Assembly (NCBI GenBank): GCA_963663035.1
Contig: OY760074.1
Location: 416,001 to 480,000 of the forward strand
Direction: 5' to 3'
DNA from: Acidobacteriota bacterium
Lineage (GTDB): Bacteria > Acidobacteriota > UBA6911 > RPQK01 > JADFOI01
DNA: 64,000 bases
Translations under genes and position numbers: made by a program
In this document: positions 50,135 through 59,325 of the stretch, one piece after another
Layout: each line of letters begins with the position of its first letter
How positions within the stretch are numbered: position 1 is the first letter of the stretch
The notes under the pieces: model-generated
The model's database searches: none
Told to the model about the DNA's origin: nothing
Seen by the model: the letters and a program-made list of their open reading frames with translations, nothing else

Positions 50135-50740
50135 ATGATCGTCGTTATCGATTACAAAGCTGGCAACCTCTACAACGTAGGGAATGCCCTGAAGTATCTG
50201 AAAGCAAAATTTGTTTTCTCGGGTGATCCGGCCGTGGTGAGCCGGGCCGATAAGGTCATTCTCCCGGGGGTAGGATCGGCCAGAGCCGCCATGGACTCTT
50301 TGGCTGACCAGGACCTGGTAGAGGTGCTGCAGCGACTTCGAGTGCCCTTTTTGGGGATTTGCCTGGGACTTCAACTCCTCTTCGAGGTTTCTGAGGAGGA
50401 CAATACGCAGTGTCTGGGTGTTCTTCCGGGAGCGGTCCGTCGGTTCAACAGCTCTCAAGTCAAGGTTCCTCACATTGGTTGGAATCAGGTCGAAGGCGTG
50501 GGTGGTTCCTCCCAACTGCCTTCGAGTCTCCTCCAAGACATTTCCGAGGAGAGTTTCTTCTACTTTGTTCACAGCTATTTCGCTCCTATAGTGAATTCTG
50601 TCACCTTGGGCCAAACCGAATATGGAAACTGGTTTGGGTCGCATGTCGTGCAAGATAACTTTTACGGGGTGCAGTTTCATCCCGAAAGATCAGGAGAAGT
50701 CGGTCTCAAAGTGCTTCAGAACTTTTTGGAGGTTCAATAG
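50135..50740 (+). CDS. hisH: IGP synthase glutaminase subunit
   Basis: LPGVG, GICLGLQ, PHIGWN, YFVHSY, QFHPE. Confidence 0.96.
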   Translation: MIVVIDYKAGNLYNVGNALKYLKAKFVFSGDPAVVSRADKVILPGVGSARAAMDSLADQDLVEVLQRLRVPFLGICLGLQLLFEVSEEDNTQCLGVLPGAVRRFNSSQVKVPHIGWNQVEGVGGSSQLPSSLLQDISEESFFYFVHSYFAPIVNSVTLGQTEYGNWFGSHVVQDNFYGVQFHPERSGEVGLKVLQNFLEVQ

Positions 50741-50742
50741 TC

Positions 50743-51462
50743 GTGATCGTAATCCCGGCCATCGATCTGATTTCCGGACAATGTGTCCGTCTTTATCAAG
50801 GTGACTTTGGCCAACAAACGACCTATCGAAACGACCCTGTCGAGCAGGCGCGAGAATTCCAAGCAGCCGGCTTTGCTCGTTTGCACGTGGTTGACCTTGA
50901 AGGAGCGCGTGCAGGGTCGGGTCAAAATCGACAGGTTATCCGTCTTCTGGCTGAGGCGGTGGACCTTCCGATCCAGATGGGAGGAGGCCTGCGCACAGAG
51001 GAGGATGTCTCGGAGTCGCTCGGCATTGGTGTGCAATACCTGATTTTGGGGACGGCCGCATTGACCGATCCCCAACGTGTAACCCGTTGGGTTGAGAGGT
51101 GGGGTCCCACTCCCTTCATGATCAGTCTTGATTTAAAAGGGAAGGGTCTTCGCAGCCAGGGCTGGTTGGAGTCAAGTGGCGTTGAGCTCAATGAGGCGCT
51201 GGATCGAGTTGCCGGGTGGGGGATCCTACAAGTGATTTGTACAGACGTTGAAAGTGACGGCACGCTCAGACACCCGAACTACGCACTTTATAGAGAGTTA
51301 CGCGCCCAGCTTCCAGGTAAAGTCACACTGTTTGCAGCTGGGGGGATTAGCCGGCCGGAACACGTTTCAAAGCTCGAAGAGATAGGTGTCGATGGGGTCG
51401 TGGTGGGGCGCGCTCTGTATGAGGGTGGCATGGAATGGGAGAGGTTTATTGATGCTGGCTAA
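50743..51462 (+). CDS. hisA: ProFAR isomerase
   Basis: [34 protein letters not shown]. Confidence 0.95.
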   Translation: MIVIPAIDLISGQCVRLYQGDFGQQTTYRNDPVEQAREFQAAGFARLHVVDLEGARAGSGQNRQVIRLLAEAVDLPIQMGGGLRTEEDVSESLGIGVQYLILGTAALTDPQRVTRWVERWGPTPFMISLDLKGKGLRSQGWLESSGVELNEALDRVAGWGILQVICTDVESDGTLRHPNYALYRELRAQLPGKVTLFAAGGISRPEHVSKLEEIGVDGVVVGRALYEGGMEWERFIDAG

Positions 51463-52243
51463 CAGGATCATCCCCTGTTTGGATGTCTCGGGAGGACGGG
51501 TGGTCAAGGGAGTCCACTTTCTGGACCTAAAAGATGCAGGTGATCCCGTCGAGTTGGGACGCCGCTATTATCGAGAAGGCGCTGATGAGCTGGTTTTTCT
51601 GGACATCACGGCCACCGTGGAGGAGCGGAAAACAGTGGTGGAATGGGTAAAGCGGGTGGCCGATTCGATCTTCATTCCCTTTACCGTAGGTGGTGGGATC
51701 AGTACCGTCAGTCAAGTTCATGACCTGCTGCGTGCTGGAGCCGACAAGGTTTCGATCAACAGTGCGGCGGTGAGAAATCCTGACTTGTTGCGTGAGGCCG
51801 CCCTGGCCTTTGGATCTCAGTGCATTGTCCTGGCAGTGGATGCCAAAAGAGCCCAGGCCAGCTGGAAGGTATTTGTTAACGGAGGACGAGTGGAAACAGA
51901 GCGCGATGCCATCGAATGGATTCGTCAGGCAGAAGAGCTCGGGGTGGGGGAAATCCTTCTCACCTCCATGGACAATGATGGCACTCAGGAGGGATACGAT
52001 CTGAAGCTCCTGCGTGCTGTCTCTGAGTGCATCCGAATACCCGTCATAGCCTCTGGTGGAGCCGGTGCACCTGAGCATCTCCTGGAAGCTCTCAAAGCAG
52101 GGGCGGATGCGGTTTTGGCGGCCAGTATTTTCCATTACGACCAGTATTCGGTCGCTGAGGTGAAGGAATTCCTGGCCAGAAACTCGGTAACTGTGAGAAC
52201 TCTAAGAGAGAATACAGAATACAGAATACAGAATACAGAATAA
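51452..52243 (+). CDS. hisF: IGP synthase cyclase subunit
   Basis: [37 protein letters not shown]. Confidence 0.96.
   Translation: MLANRIIPCLDVSGGRVVKGVHFLDLKDAGDPVELGRRYYREGADELVFLDITATVEERKTVVEWVKRVADSIFIPFTVGGGISTVSQVHDLLRAGADKVSINSAAVRNPDLLREAALAFGSQCIVLAVDAKRAQASWKVFVNGGRVETERDAIEWIRQAEELGVGEILLTSMDNDGTQEGYDLKLLRAVSECIRIPVIASGGAGAPEHLLEALKAGADAVLAASIFHYDQYSVAEVKEFLARNSVTVRTLRENTEYRIQNTE
52209..52243. repeat. (AGAATAC)x4 + AGAATAA heptamer array forming the hisF C-terminus and stop
   Basis: Direct reading. Confidence 0.9.
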
Positions 52244-52259
52244 GAGGCCTAGTTTGAGG

Positions 52260-52865
52260 ATGGATATCAAGCAGCTGGATTGGAAGAAGATGAAGGGTCT
52301 GATCCCGGCCATTGTTCAAGATGGGAACACCGGCCGGGTCCTGATGCTGGGATTTATGAACCAAGAGGCTCTGGAGAAGACTCTGGAGAGTCGATTGGTG
52401 ACCTTCTGGAGTCGTAGTCGGAAAGCCCTGTGGACAAAGGGAGAGACTTCCGGGAATTATCTTAAGCTGCACAAGATCAGTCACGATTGCGACTGTGATG
52501 CTCTGATCCTGGTGGTTGAGCCTCAGGGACCCTGTTGTCATCGCGGTACGCTTTCCTGCTTCGCTCCGGACGACGAATTCACCGGTCCTGAGTTCTTGGG
52601 ATATCTGGAGCGGCTGATTGCGGATCGGCGAAAAGAAATGCCGGATGGTTCCTACACCGCGGCGCTATTCGCCAAGGGACTTCCCGAGATGGCAAAAAAA
52701 GTGGGGGAAGAGGCTATTGAGGTGGTCCTCTCAGTGACTCAAGAGAAGCGGCAATCCATTGAAGAGACTGCTGATCTGCTCTATCACCTGTTGGTTTTTC
52801 TGGCTGAGAGGGAGGTCCCGCTCGGGGAAGTGCTGGAAGAGTTGAAAACCCGGCACTTTAAATAG
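52260..52865 (+). CDS. hisIE: Bifunctional PR-AMP cyclohydrolase/PR-ATP pyrophosphatase
   Basis: GLIPAIVQ, SRSR..LWTKGETSG, DCDCD, CHRG..SCF, KKVGEEA. Confidence 0.96.
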   Translation: MDIKQLDWKKMKGLIPAIVQDGNTGRVLMLGFMNQEALEKTLESRLVTFWSRSRKALWTKGETSGNYLKLHKISHDCDCDALILVVEPQGPCCHRGTLSCFAPDDEFTGPEFLGYLERLIADRRKEMPDGSYTAALFAKGLPEMAKKVGEEAIEVVLSVTQEKRQSIEETADLLYHLLVFLAEREVPLGEVLEELKTRHFK

Positions 52866-52897
52866 GAGACAGGAGTCAGGAGACAGGAGTCAGGAGA
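52864..52897. repeat. Alternating AGGAGAC/AGGAGTC heptamer array starting in the hisIE stop
   Basis: Direct reading. Confidence 0.85.
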
Positions 52898-52924
52898 AGA
52901 ATCCAGAAGGAGAAATTTGGGTAC

Positions 52925-53001
52925 GGCCCGCAGGCTAAAGCCTGCGGCTCTGACGGAGCTGACGAGGCTCAAACAGAGCCGTGGGCTTTAGCCCACGGGC
53001 C
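52925..53001. repeat. REP/PATE-like palindrome doublet bounded by GGCC
   Basis: Same two hairpins as 3052-3099 in swapped order with a short spacer; between convergent genes. Confidence 0.8.
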
Positions 53002-53030
53002 TGTCTGGGAGGGAAAAAGGGGACAGCTGG

Positions 53031-53930
53031 TCAGCTGTCAGGTGTCAGCTGTTCCTTTTCCTCAAATCGCCTTCCGGCTATAAAGGCCTGAACATAGGGG
53101 TCGGCGGAGGAGTGAAAGGCTTCTTGGTCGCCCTGAAAGTGGATGACCCCTTCTTTAAGCAGGATGATCCGATCAGCCACCATCTCGACGCACCTCAGGT
53201 CGTGAGTCACCACGATGGAGGTCAGCTGCTCCTGTGTGTTGAGCTTGCGAATCAACCGATTCAGTGATTTCTTTATGAGGGGGTCGACACTGCTAGTGGG
53301 TTCGTCGTAGAGAATGATTTCCGGATCGTTGGCAATGGCTCGGGCAATGGCAACTTGTTTTCTGGCTCCGATGCTGAGCTCGGGTTTTTGAAGATCCCCC
53401 ATATTTTCCAGATCCACCGCTTCCAGCAGATAATTAACCCGCTTCTCGATCTTATCTTCGTCCCTCATTCCCATTTCGCGTAGTGGATAGGCGATGTTTT
53501 CTCTGACGTTGAGGAAATCAAAAATAGCTCCTCCTTGGAAAACATAGGACACCCGCTTTCGAAAGTTCAGAAGGTCCCTTTCGTTCATGTGGGTGATATC
53601 TTTTCCCTGATAGACGATTCGGCCACTGTCGGGCTTGAGAAGCCCAGCGATCAGCTTGAGAGTCACGCTTTTCCCACTCCCGCTTTTCCCCAGAACACCA
53701 ATAGTCTCTCCGCTGTGGACTTTGAAGCTAATTCCTTTCAGGACGGGCTGGTCAAAGGACTTGTCCACATCCTCTAATTCCAACATGAACTCACTGGGGG
53801 CATGACCCTCTGAGACTTCTTCAGGGATGGGCGCACTCTGAGCAGGAGGAAAGAAGTGACGGGTAACGATGAGAGTCAACAGGGTCAGATATCCGAAAAA
53901 GAATAACGCCAGGAAGACTTCCAGTAACAT
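53031..53930 (-). CDS. ABC transporter ATP-binding protein (MlaF/Mkl-like) with N-terminal hydrophobic segment
   Basis: GKSGSGKS, FQGGAIFD, LYDEPT, VVTHD. Confidence 0.88.
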   Translation of the reverse strand: MLLEVFLALFFFGYLTLLTLIVTRHFFPPAQSAPIPEEVSEGHAPSEFMLELEDVDKSFDQPVLKGISFKVHSGETIGVLGKSGSGKSVTLKLIAGLLKPDSGRIVYQGKDITHMNERDLLNFRKRVSYVFQGGAIFDFLNVRENIAYPLREMGMRDEDKIEKRVNYLLEAVDLENMGDLQKPELSIGARKQVAIARAIANDPEIILYDEPTSSVDPLIKKSLNRLIRKLNTQEQLTSIVVTHDLRCVEMVADRIILLKEGVIHFQGDQEAFHSSADPYVQAFIAGRRFEEKEQLTPDS

Positions 53931-54044
53931 AGATTTGGCAAAGCGCCCGGCGAGACCAAGTGCTCCCTTCCAGAAGTACGGAGGTGTTTGTTGCGAGCGT
54001 TAGCTGGAGCTTTGTGCAGCGGACCACACATTAAAGGGTTACTT

Positions 54045-54389
54045 TTAGTGGCGGATCTGAAACCGGATGAGCTTCTTCGCCATTTCCCTCTTCCGATTGT
54101 AGTTACTGCGCCGGTACTCTAGGAGCCAACCGCGCAGGTCTCTCTGGCTCATCTCTAACACTTCACAAACCCAGAGTAAGCTTCCCGGGTGTGCTTCATT
54201 CGAGAAGAACCATTCCTGAGCGTCTTGCCGCCACAGCTCCCACTCCTTGTTAGACACCTTCTTTGGAGAGACGATGTCGCGAAATGCTTGGAGAAGAATC
54301 CCCAATGCCAAATTTCGCATCGAAGGATCTGGCTTCTTCTTCTGGGGGTATAACCCTTCGCTTTCCAGAAATGTTGCTTTCATGTTCAT
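54045..54389 (-). CDS. Hypothetical protein
   Basis: 114-aa ORF with GGTAGG RBS-like sequence; LALGILLQAFRD...AQEWF...SLLWVCEVL. Confidence 0.7.
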   Translation of the reverse strand: MNMKATFLESEGLYPQKKKPDPSMRNLALGILLQAFRDIVSPKKVSNKEWELWRQDAQEWFFSNEAHPGSLLWVCEVLEMSQRDLRGWLLEYRRSNYNRKREMAKKLIRFQIRH

Positions 54390-54627
54390 CTACCTACCGT
54401 TGTTGTAGGCCCTCTCAGTAATCTTGAACATCGAGTTCCTTGCCTATCTTATTCCAAAGAAGTGACTTTTCTTCATTGGACTATAGCTTTGATGCCTTAA
54501 TCGGGAAAAAGTTTCAATTTCTGGTGAGAAACTCTCTCTGTGAAGAATGGGCATGGGAGAGGGAAGACACCTTCTTGTCTATTATTTGTCTAGATAATGT
54601 CCAGTAATTGACCCAGGAAGATTGCAA

Positions 54628-54656
54628 TTGGAGATAACCCACAAAATCGCTATAAT
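54628..54656 (+). promoter_or_regulatory. Putative sigma70 promoter
   Basis: TTGGAG-N17-TATAAT ending 9 bp before ATG 54666. Confidence 0.5.
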
Positions 54657-54665
54657 GCAGAGGAC

Positions 54666-55324
54666 ATGCGGCCATCTGGGGAATCTGCATCCGATCGGTT
54701 CCTTGGGCTTCTCAAGCAAGCAGAGAAAGGACTTTCCGTCAACGAGCTGTGCCAGAGACTCAACCTGTCCTCTATGGCCGTTCGACGGCAACTGACATTG
54801 TTGGAAGGCAACGACCTGCTTTTTTCCGAGAAGGAAAAGCAAAAGATAGGTCGCCCGGCTTTTCGCTATTACCTGACGGAGAAGGGACACGAGCAGTTTG
54901 AAAGAGACTATGCTAATTTGGTGCTCGACCTTCTGGTCAGCCTCCGCTCCATGGATGGCAAGACAAAGATCAACCAGCTCTTCGAAGAGCGCAAGACGAC
55001 TTCTGTGGAAAGAGCTCAGCAAAAGGTTTTAGGCAGGACCCTGGAAGCTCGCGTTCATGAGGTGACCCAGTTGCTGAAAATGGTTATATGGCTCGGTGGG
55101 AAGAGCTCGGCCCGAAGAAGTTTTTGATCAAGGAGATGAACTGTCCCGTCGCTCAGGTGGCTAAGAAGTTCCCCCATGTCTGTATCTACGAAGAAGAATT
55201 TCTCTCCGAGTTACTTCAAGCCAAGGTAAGCCGCAGACACCACCTTCTCCAGAAAGACCACTTTTGTTCCTACCTGGTCGAGGGTTTAACGGTAGTTTTA
55301 GGAGGAAACCAGAATGAGTGTTGA
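54666..55324 (+). pseudogene. SufR-like HTH transcriptional regulator, frameshifted near 55074-55080
   Basis: HTH LSSMAVRRQL, GRPAFRYYLTEKG; continues in another frame as ENGYMA...NCPVAQVAKKFPHVC...CSY. Confidence 0.78.
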
Positions 55325-55832
55325 AAGAGCCAGTGCTGTAACTTTAAAGGGTACTCCCTTTACCCTGGTGGGAGCTGAGCTGAAGGTGGGTGACAGGGTC
55401 CCTGACTTTGACACTGTTGGGACAGACCTGAATCCGATCAGCCTGGCTGATACGGGTGGTTCAGTGCGGGTTTTCAGTGTGGTCCCGTCTTTGGATACGC
55501 CGGTTTGCGATGCCCAGACTCGCCGCTTCAATCAAGAGGCGGCCAAGTTGACCGATGTCAAGATCTACACCATCAGCATGGATCTTCCTTTTGCCCAGGC
55601 TCGCTGGTGTGGGGCAAGCGGTGTCGAAAATCTGACCATGCTCTCCGACCATAGAAATGCCCAGTTCGGAACAAAGTATGGCACCCTCATCAAAGAGCTG
55701 CGGTTAAACTCCCGAGCCATCTTTGTGGTGGATGAAGAGGACATTCTTCGCCACGTGGAGTATGTGAAGGAGGTGGCCGATTACCCTGATTACGAGGCTG
55801 CCCTGGAGGCGGTCCGTAAGATTACTGGTTAG
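55314..55832 (+). CDS. tpx: Thiol peroxidase
   Basis: VPSLDTPVC, SMDLPFAQARWC, RAIFV. Confidence 0.95.
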   Translation: MSVERASAVTLKGTPFTLVGAELKVGDRVPDFDTVGTDLNPISLADTGGSVRVFSVVPSLDTPVCDAQTRRFNQEAAKLTDVKIYTISMDLPFAQARWCGASGVENLTMLSDHRNAQFGTKYGTLIKELRLNSRAIFVVDEEDILRHVEYVKEVADYPDYEAALEAVRKITG

Positions 55833-57456
55833 CTGCGGACCAGCTGCAGAGAAAAACCAGACGAACAACTTTTTCCATCTTAGGGTAATTGATCTTCTCC
55901 GGGGTATCAGTTGGACGGTGATAGTCCGGATGGAGGCCGGTGTTAAAAAAGAGTGCAGGTACGTCATTGGAGAGAAAGGGCCACTGATCGCTCCGTCGCA
56001 GCAGATTGGCAGGAGTGTGGTCGTATTGAAACTTGAGGTCTAAGCCAATCTGTTGGTTATTCTGGGTCACCAGATTGCGAAGTTCTTCACTGCGACTATA
56101 GCCCAGGACGTGCAAACTATTTCTGTTTTCCTGAGCACTCTGTCTTGGCAGTCCGAAGAAACGGGGATTTTGAGGATCGGGGATCTCCTCGTCACGGCCT
56201 ATCATGTCCATTTGAAACAGGGCGACGGTTTTCTCCAGCAGAAAAGCGGGTCTTTCGACGTAGTAACGGGAACCAAGAAGCCCTCGCTCCTCAGCGTTCC
56301 AGGCCGCAAAGAGCATCGATCTTTTCGGTTTCTCCGGGCTCAATGCAAAAGCCTCAGCAATCTCCAGTAAGCCCACCGTACCACTGGCATTGTCATCGGC
56401 ACCATTGAAGACTTCCCCATCCCGAGGCTGCACATGATCGAAGTGCGCGCTGACAATCACCACTTCATCTTTCAGGTTTGGATCTGAACCGGGCAAGTAG
56501 GCCAGGACGTTGCGGATACGGGTTTGGTGTCGAGTGATGTCAGTTTCGAGAGTCGCCTCCAGCTGTGGCAGTGGAAAGCCTTGGGATTGGTATTCTCGAT
56601 CGATTTTTTCCTGAACTTCCTCAAAGTCGAATGGAGTGCTCTCCAGAAGGTCACGGGCCAACCCACGGGAAACCCGCACAACCGGAATCTTTACCTGTTC
56701 AGCCCACACTTCCAAGTTGTATTGCTCCAAGGTGTAGTGCGCTCGTGAGGGATCTTCTGGCCAGACGAAGCGAGCATGGCGTGAAAAGTTCATCCCCCGA
56801 GGACGAACTGAGCTTCCCTGGATGATGATGAGAGCCACCGCGTTGTGAGTCTGAGCATTCAGGATCTTGTAAAACTCCTCGCTGTATTCGGAGTCCAACA
56901 GTCCTTCGAAGGGACTGTCGGGATCCATTTTGCCTGGCTCGCCACCCAGAATGACTGCAATCTTTCCAGGGACCTCCAGTTTCTGATAGTCGTCGTACCC
57001 ATGCTCAGGAGCCGTAATTCCGTAACCGGCAAAGACCAGAGAGGCACTCACCTTCCCATTGGCTGAGAGAGGAGAAGGGAAAAAATCCTCCTTGACCATT
57101 GCCACCGTGGAACGGGATGAGTTGGAGCGCCTGATTTCTAGAGAATTGTTTTTCAGGAGTTCAGACTGGAGCAGCTGGAAGTATTGAAAATAGCCGTCAT
57201 CGGTGACTGGCTGCAGACCCATCAACTCGAATCGATGAGCAAGATAGCGGGAGGTGATTCTATTAAACAGGGTATTGACTGCCCGGCCTTGCATTTCGTC
57301 GGAGGCCAGGAAATACACGGCAGACTCCATATCGGCTGCAGTGATGGTTTCTATGGCAGCTGGTGGAGCACTATCGGCTATAGTGCCTGCAAGTAGAGCA
57401 GCCAGGCTTAAGGTAAAGATCAACAGAAAGACTGCCCTTTTCTTCTTTCCCATCAC
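55822..57456 (-). CDS. Secreted M28 peptidase with PA domain
   Basis: Signal peptide, LASDEMQGR, FAGYG, AHFDH, GADDNASG, AEERGLLGS, DMIGR, DYH. Confidence 0.9.
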   Translation of the reverse strand: MMGKKKRAVFLLIFTLSLAALLAGTIADSAPPAAIETITAADMESAVYFLASDEMQGRAVNTLFNRITSRYLAHRFELMGLQPVTDDGYFQYFQLLQSELLKNNSLEIRRSNSSRSTVAMVKEDFFPSPLSANGKVSASLVFAGYGITAPEHGYDDYQKLEVPGKIAVILGGEPGKMDPDSPFEGLLDSEYSEEFYKILNAQTHNAVALIIIQGSSVRPRGMNFSRHARFVWPEDPSRAHYTLEQYNLEVWAEQVKIPVVRVSRGLARDLLESTPFDFEEVQEKIDREYQSQGFPLPQLEATLETDITRHQTRIRNVLAYLPGSDPNLKDEVVIVSAHFDHVQPRDGEVFNGADDNASGTVGLLEIAEAFALSPEKPKRSMLFAAWNAEERGLLGSRYYVERPAFLLEKTVALFQMDMIGRDEEIPDPQNPRFFGLPRQSAQENRNSLHVLGYSRSEELRNLVTQNNQQIGLDLKFQYDHTPANLLRRSDQWPFLSNDVPALFFNTGLHPDYHRPTDTPEKINYPKMEKVVRLVFLCSWSAANQ

Positions 57457-57495
57457 CCCATTGTAAGAGAACTCGCTTCTCGCGTCGAGAGAAAG

Positions 57496-57607
57496 CTAAC
57501 ACCTGACACCTGACAATAGCTCTTCCGTTCTCAACTGTCAGGGGGCAGGGTTTCAACTGTCAACTGTCAGTTGTCAGTTGTCAGTTGTCAGCGTTTCAGC
57601 TGTCAGC
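57496..57607. repeat. Inverted CTGACAN / TCAGTTG heptamer arrays
   Basis: Direct reading; includes the stop codon of the ABC ATPase gene. Confidence 0.8.
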
Positions 57608-58384
57608 GTTTCCCTCGTAGCTGATTTGAGGAAATCCACCCAGTGGACTGGGCTGAACCGTAATATCAGCTTTGTAGACACTGCGAATCGTCTCTGTGGT
57701 GATGACTTCTGTGGGCGTCCCCGTCTGAATGAGCTTGCCTTCACTGAGGAGAGCCACTGTTTGGCAAAAGGCAGAAGCTGCCGTCAAATCGTGAAGGACG
57801 ACCACGACTGTCATGGAATGCTCCTCATTGAGATGTTGAAGCAAACGAAAGATGGCGATCTGGTGATGGATGTCCAGATGAGTATTGGGTTCATCCAGCA
57901 TCAGGATAGAGGGCCTTTGGGCGACTGCCCGAGCGAGGAGGACCCGCTGGCGCTCGCCGCTGGAGAGCTGAGAGATCGGTCGGTCTTTCAGGTGCCAGAT
58001 TTCAGTGCTGTGCAATGCCTTCTCAACGATTTGCCCATCGCGGCCTGTCAGTTTCTGGAGTCTTCCCAGATAGGGGTAGCGGCCCATGGCGACAACGTCA
58101 GCCACCGGGAAGGGAAATTCAAAGTACTGCAGGGAGGAGATCACGGCAATGCGTCTGGCCAGCTCTCGACGTGTCAATGTCTCCAGGGGTTGGTTATCTA
58201 CAGAGATCTGACCTCGTTCAGGCTGGAGCAAACCAGACATGAGGTGCAGCAAAGTCGTCTTTCCACTCCCATTTGGTCCGATCAAGGCTAGAAAGGATTT
58301 CTCAGGAATCAACAGGTCAATACCCTGAAGCGAGAAGCCATCCTGATAGTGAAAACCGACCTGTTTCAGCAAAAGTGAAGCCAT
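57596..58384 (-). CDS. Cobalamin/Fe-siderophore ABC ATPase (BtuD/FecE-like)
   Basis: GPNGSGKT, MGRYP, LSSGERQRV, DEPNTHLD, VLHDL. Confidence 0.9.
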   Translation of the reverse strand: MASLLLKQVGFHYQDGFSLQGIDLLIPEKSFLALIGPNGSGKTTLLHLMSGLLQPERGQISVDNQPLETLTRRELARRIAVISSLQYFEFPFPVADVVAMGRYPYLGRLQKLTGRDGQIVEKALHSTEIWHLKDRPISQLSSGERQRVLLARAVAQRPSILMLDEPNTHLDIHHQIAIFRLLQHLNEEHSMTVVVVLHDLTAASAFCQTVALLSEGKLIQTGTPTEVITTETIRSVYKADITVQPSPLGGFPQISYEGNADS

Positions 58385-59325
58385 CAAAACTCTCCCATAC
58401 GTTGTCTGGTTCGCAAAAGGTAGACAAAGTAAGGGGAGCCAAGCAAAGCGGTCAGTGCTCCCACCGGAATTTCCAGAGGTGGCAGGACGGTGCGTGCCAG
58501 GGCATCCGCCAGGATGAGAAAAATGGCACCTCCGAGGGCGGAGGCCGGGATGAGCAGGCGATGGTCTGGGCCCACGATCATGCGCATCATATGAGGTACG
58601 ATCAGGCCCACAAATCCAATCAGACCGGCCACTGCAACGCATGCGGCCACCATGGCAGAGGCGGTCACAAAGAGAAGTTTCTTGGCGGTCTCCACATCGA
58701 CTCCCAGGTGAAAGGCAGCCATTTCTCCCTGGGTGAGCATGTTCAATTCCCGTGAAAAGAGCCAGCTCAGACCCAGACCGGAGGCGATAATTGAGGCCGA
58801 GATTCCAATCAGTTGCCAACTGCCTTCCGTCAGGGTTCCGAGCAGGTAAAAGAGCATGGTGAAAGACTCGCGATAGAAGATAGAGAAAGAGAGGAAGACC
58901 GCTGCATTGAAGAACAGCCCAACGATGACTCCAGCCAAGATGATCGTCTGGATGGGAGCCTTGCCATTGATTTGGGCAATCCGATAGACGCCAAAGATGG
59001 AGGCCAGAGCAAACCCGATGGCCATGAAGTAGAGCATGGAATAGTGCTGGAAACCCAGTATGCCAGCGAAAACCACGCCGGCAGCGGCGGCACTTGAGGT
59101 ACCTAGGATGAATGGATCGGCCAGAGGATTTCGAAGGACTCCCTGTAGCACCGCCCCCGAACCCGCCAAACCTGCTCCCACGATGAATGCAAGCAGCACG
59201 CGAGGAAAGCGGATTCCCTCAATGATTGCCCAGGAGGGATTGGCAACCGGACCCACGAAGAGAGCAGCGCCAGCCAGAAGGATCGTCACCACCAACAGGA
59301 TCAGCAACGACCTTGGACCGTTCAT
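58384..59325 (-). CDS. FecCD/BtuC family permease
   Basis: RFPRV, LRNPLADP, AFHLGVD, IGFVGLIVPH, EIPVG. Confidence 0.92.
   Translation of the reverse strand: MNGPRSLLILLVVTILLAGAALFVGPVANPSWAIIEGIRFPRVLLAFIVGAGLAGSGAVLQGVLRNPLADPFILGTSSAAAAGVVFAGILGFQHYSMLYFMAIGFALASIFGVYRIAQINGKAPIQTIILAGVIVGLFFNAAVFLSFSIFYRESFTMLFYLLGTLTEGSWQLIGISASIIASGLGLSWLFSRELNMLTQGEMAAFHLGVDVETAKKLLFVTASAMVAACVAVAGLIGFVGLIVPHMMRMIVGPDHRLLIPASALGGAIFLILADALARTVLPPLEIPVGALTALLGSPYFVYLLRTRQRMGEF

Noticed and set aside
54441-54457. Second sigma54 promoter (minus strand TGGAATAAGATAGGC)
   Set aside because: The -12 element deviates from TTGC; too weak to call
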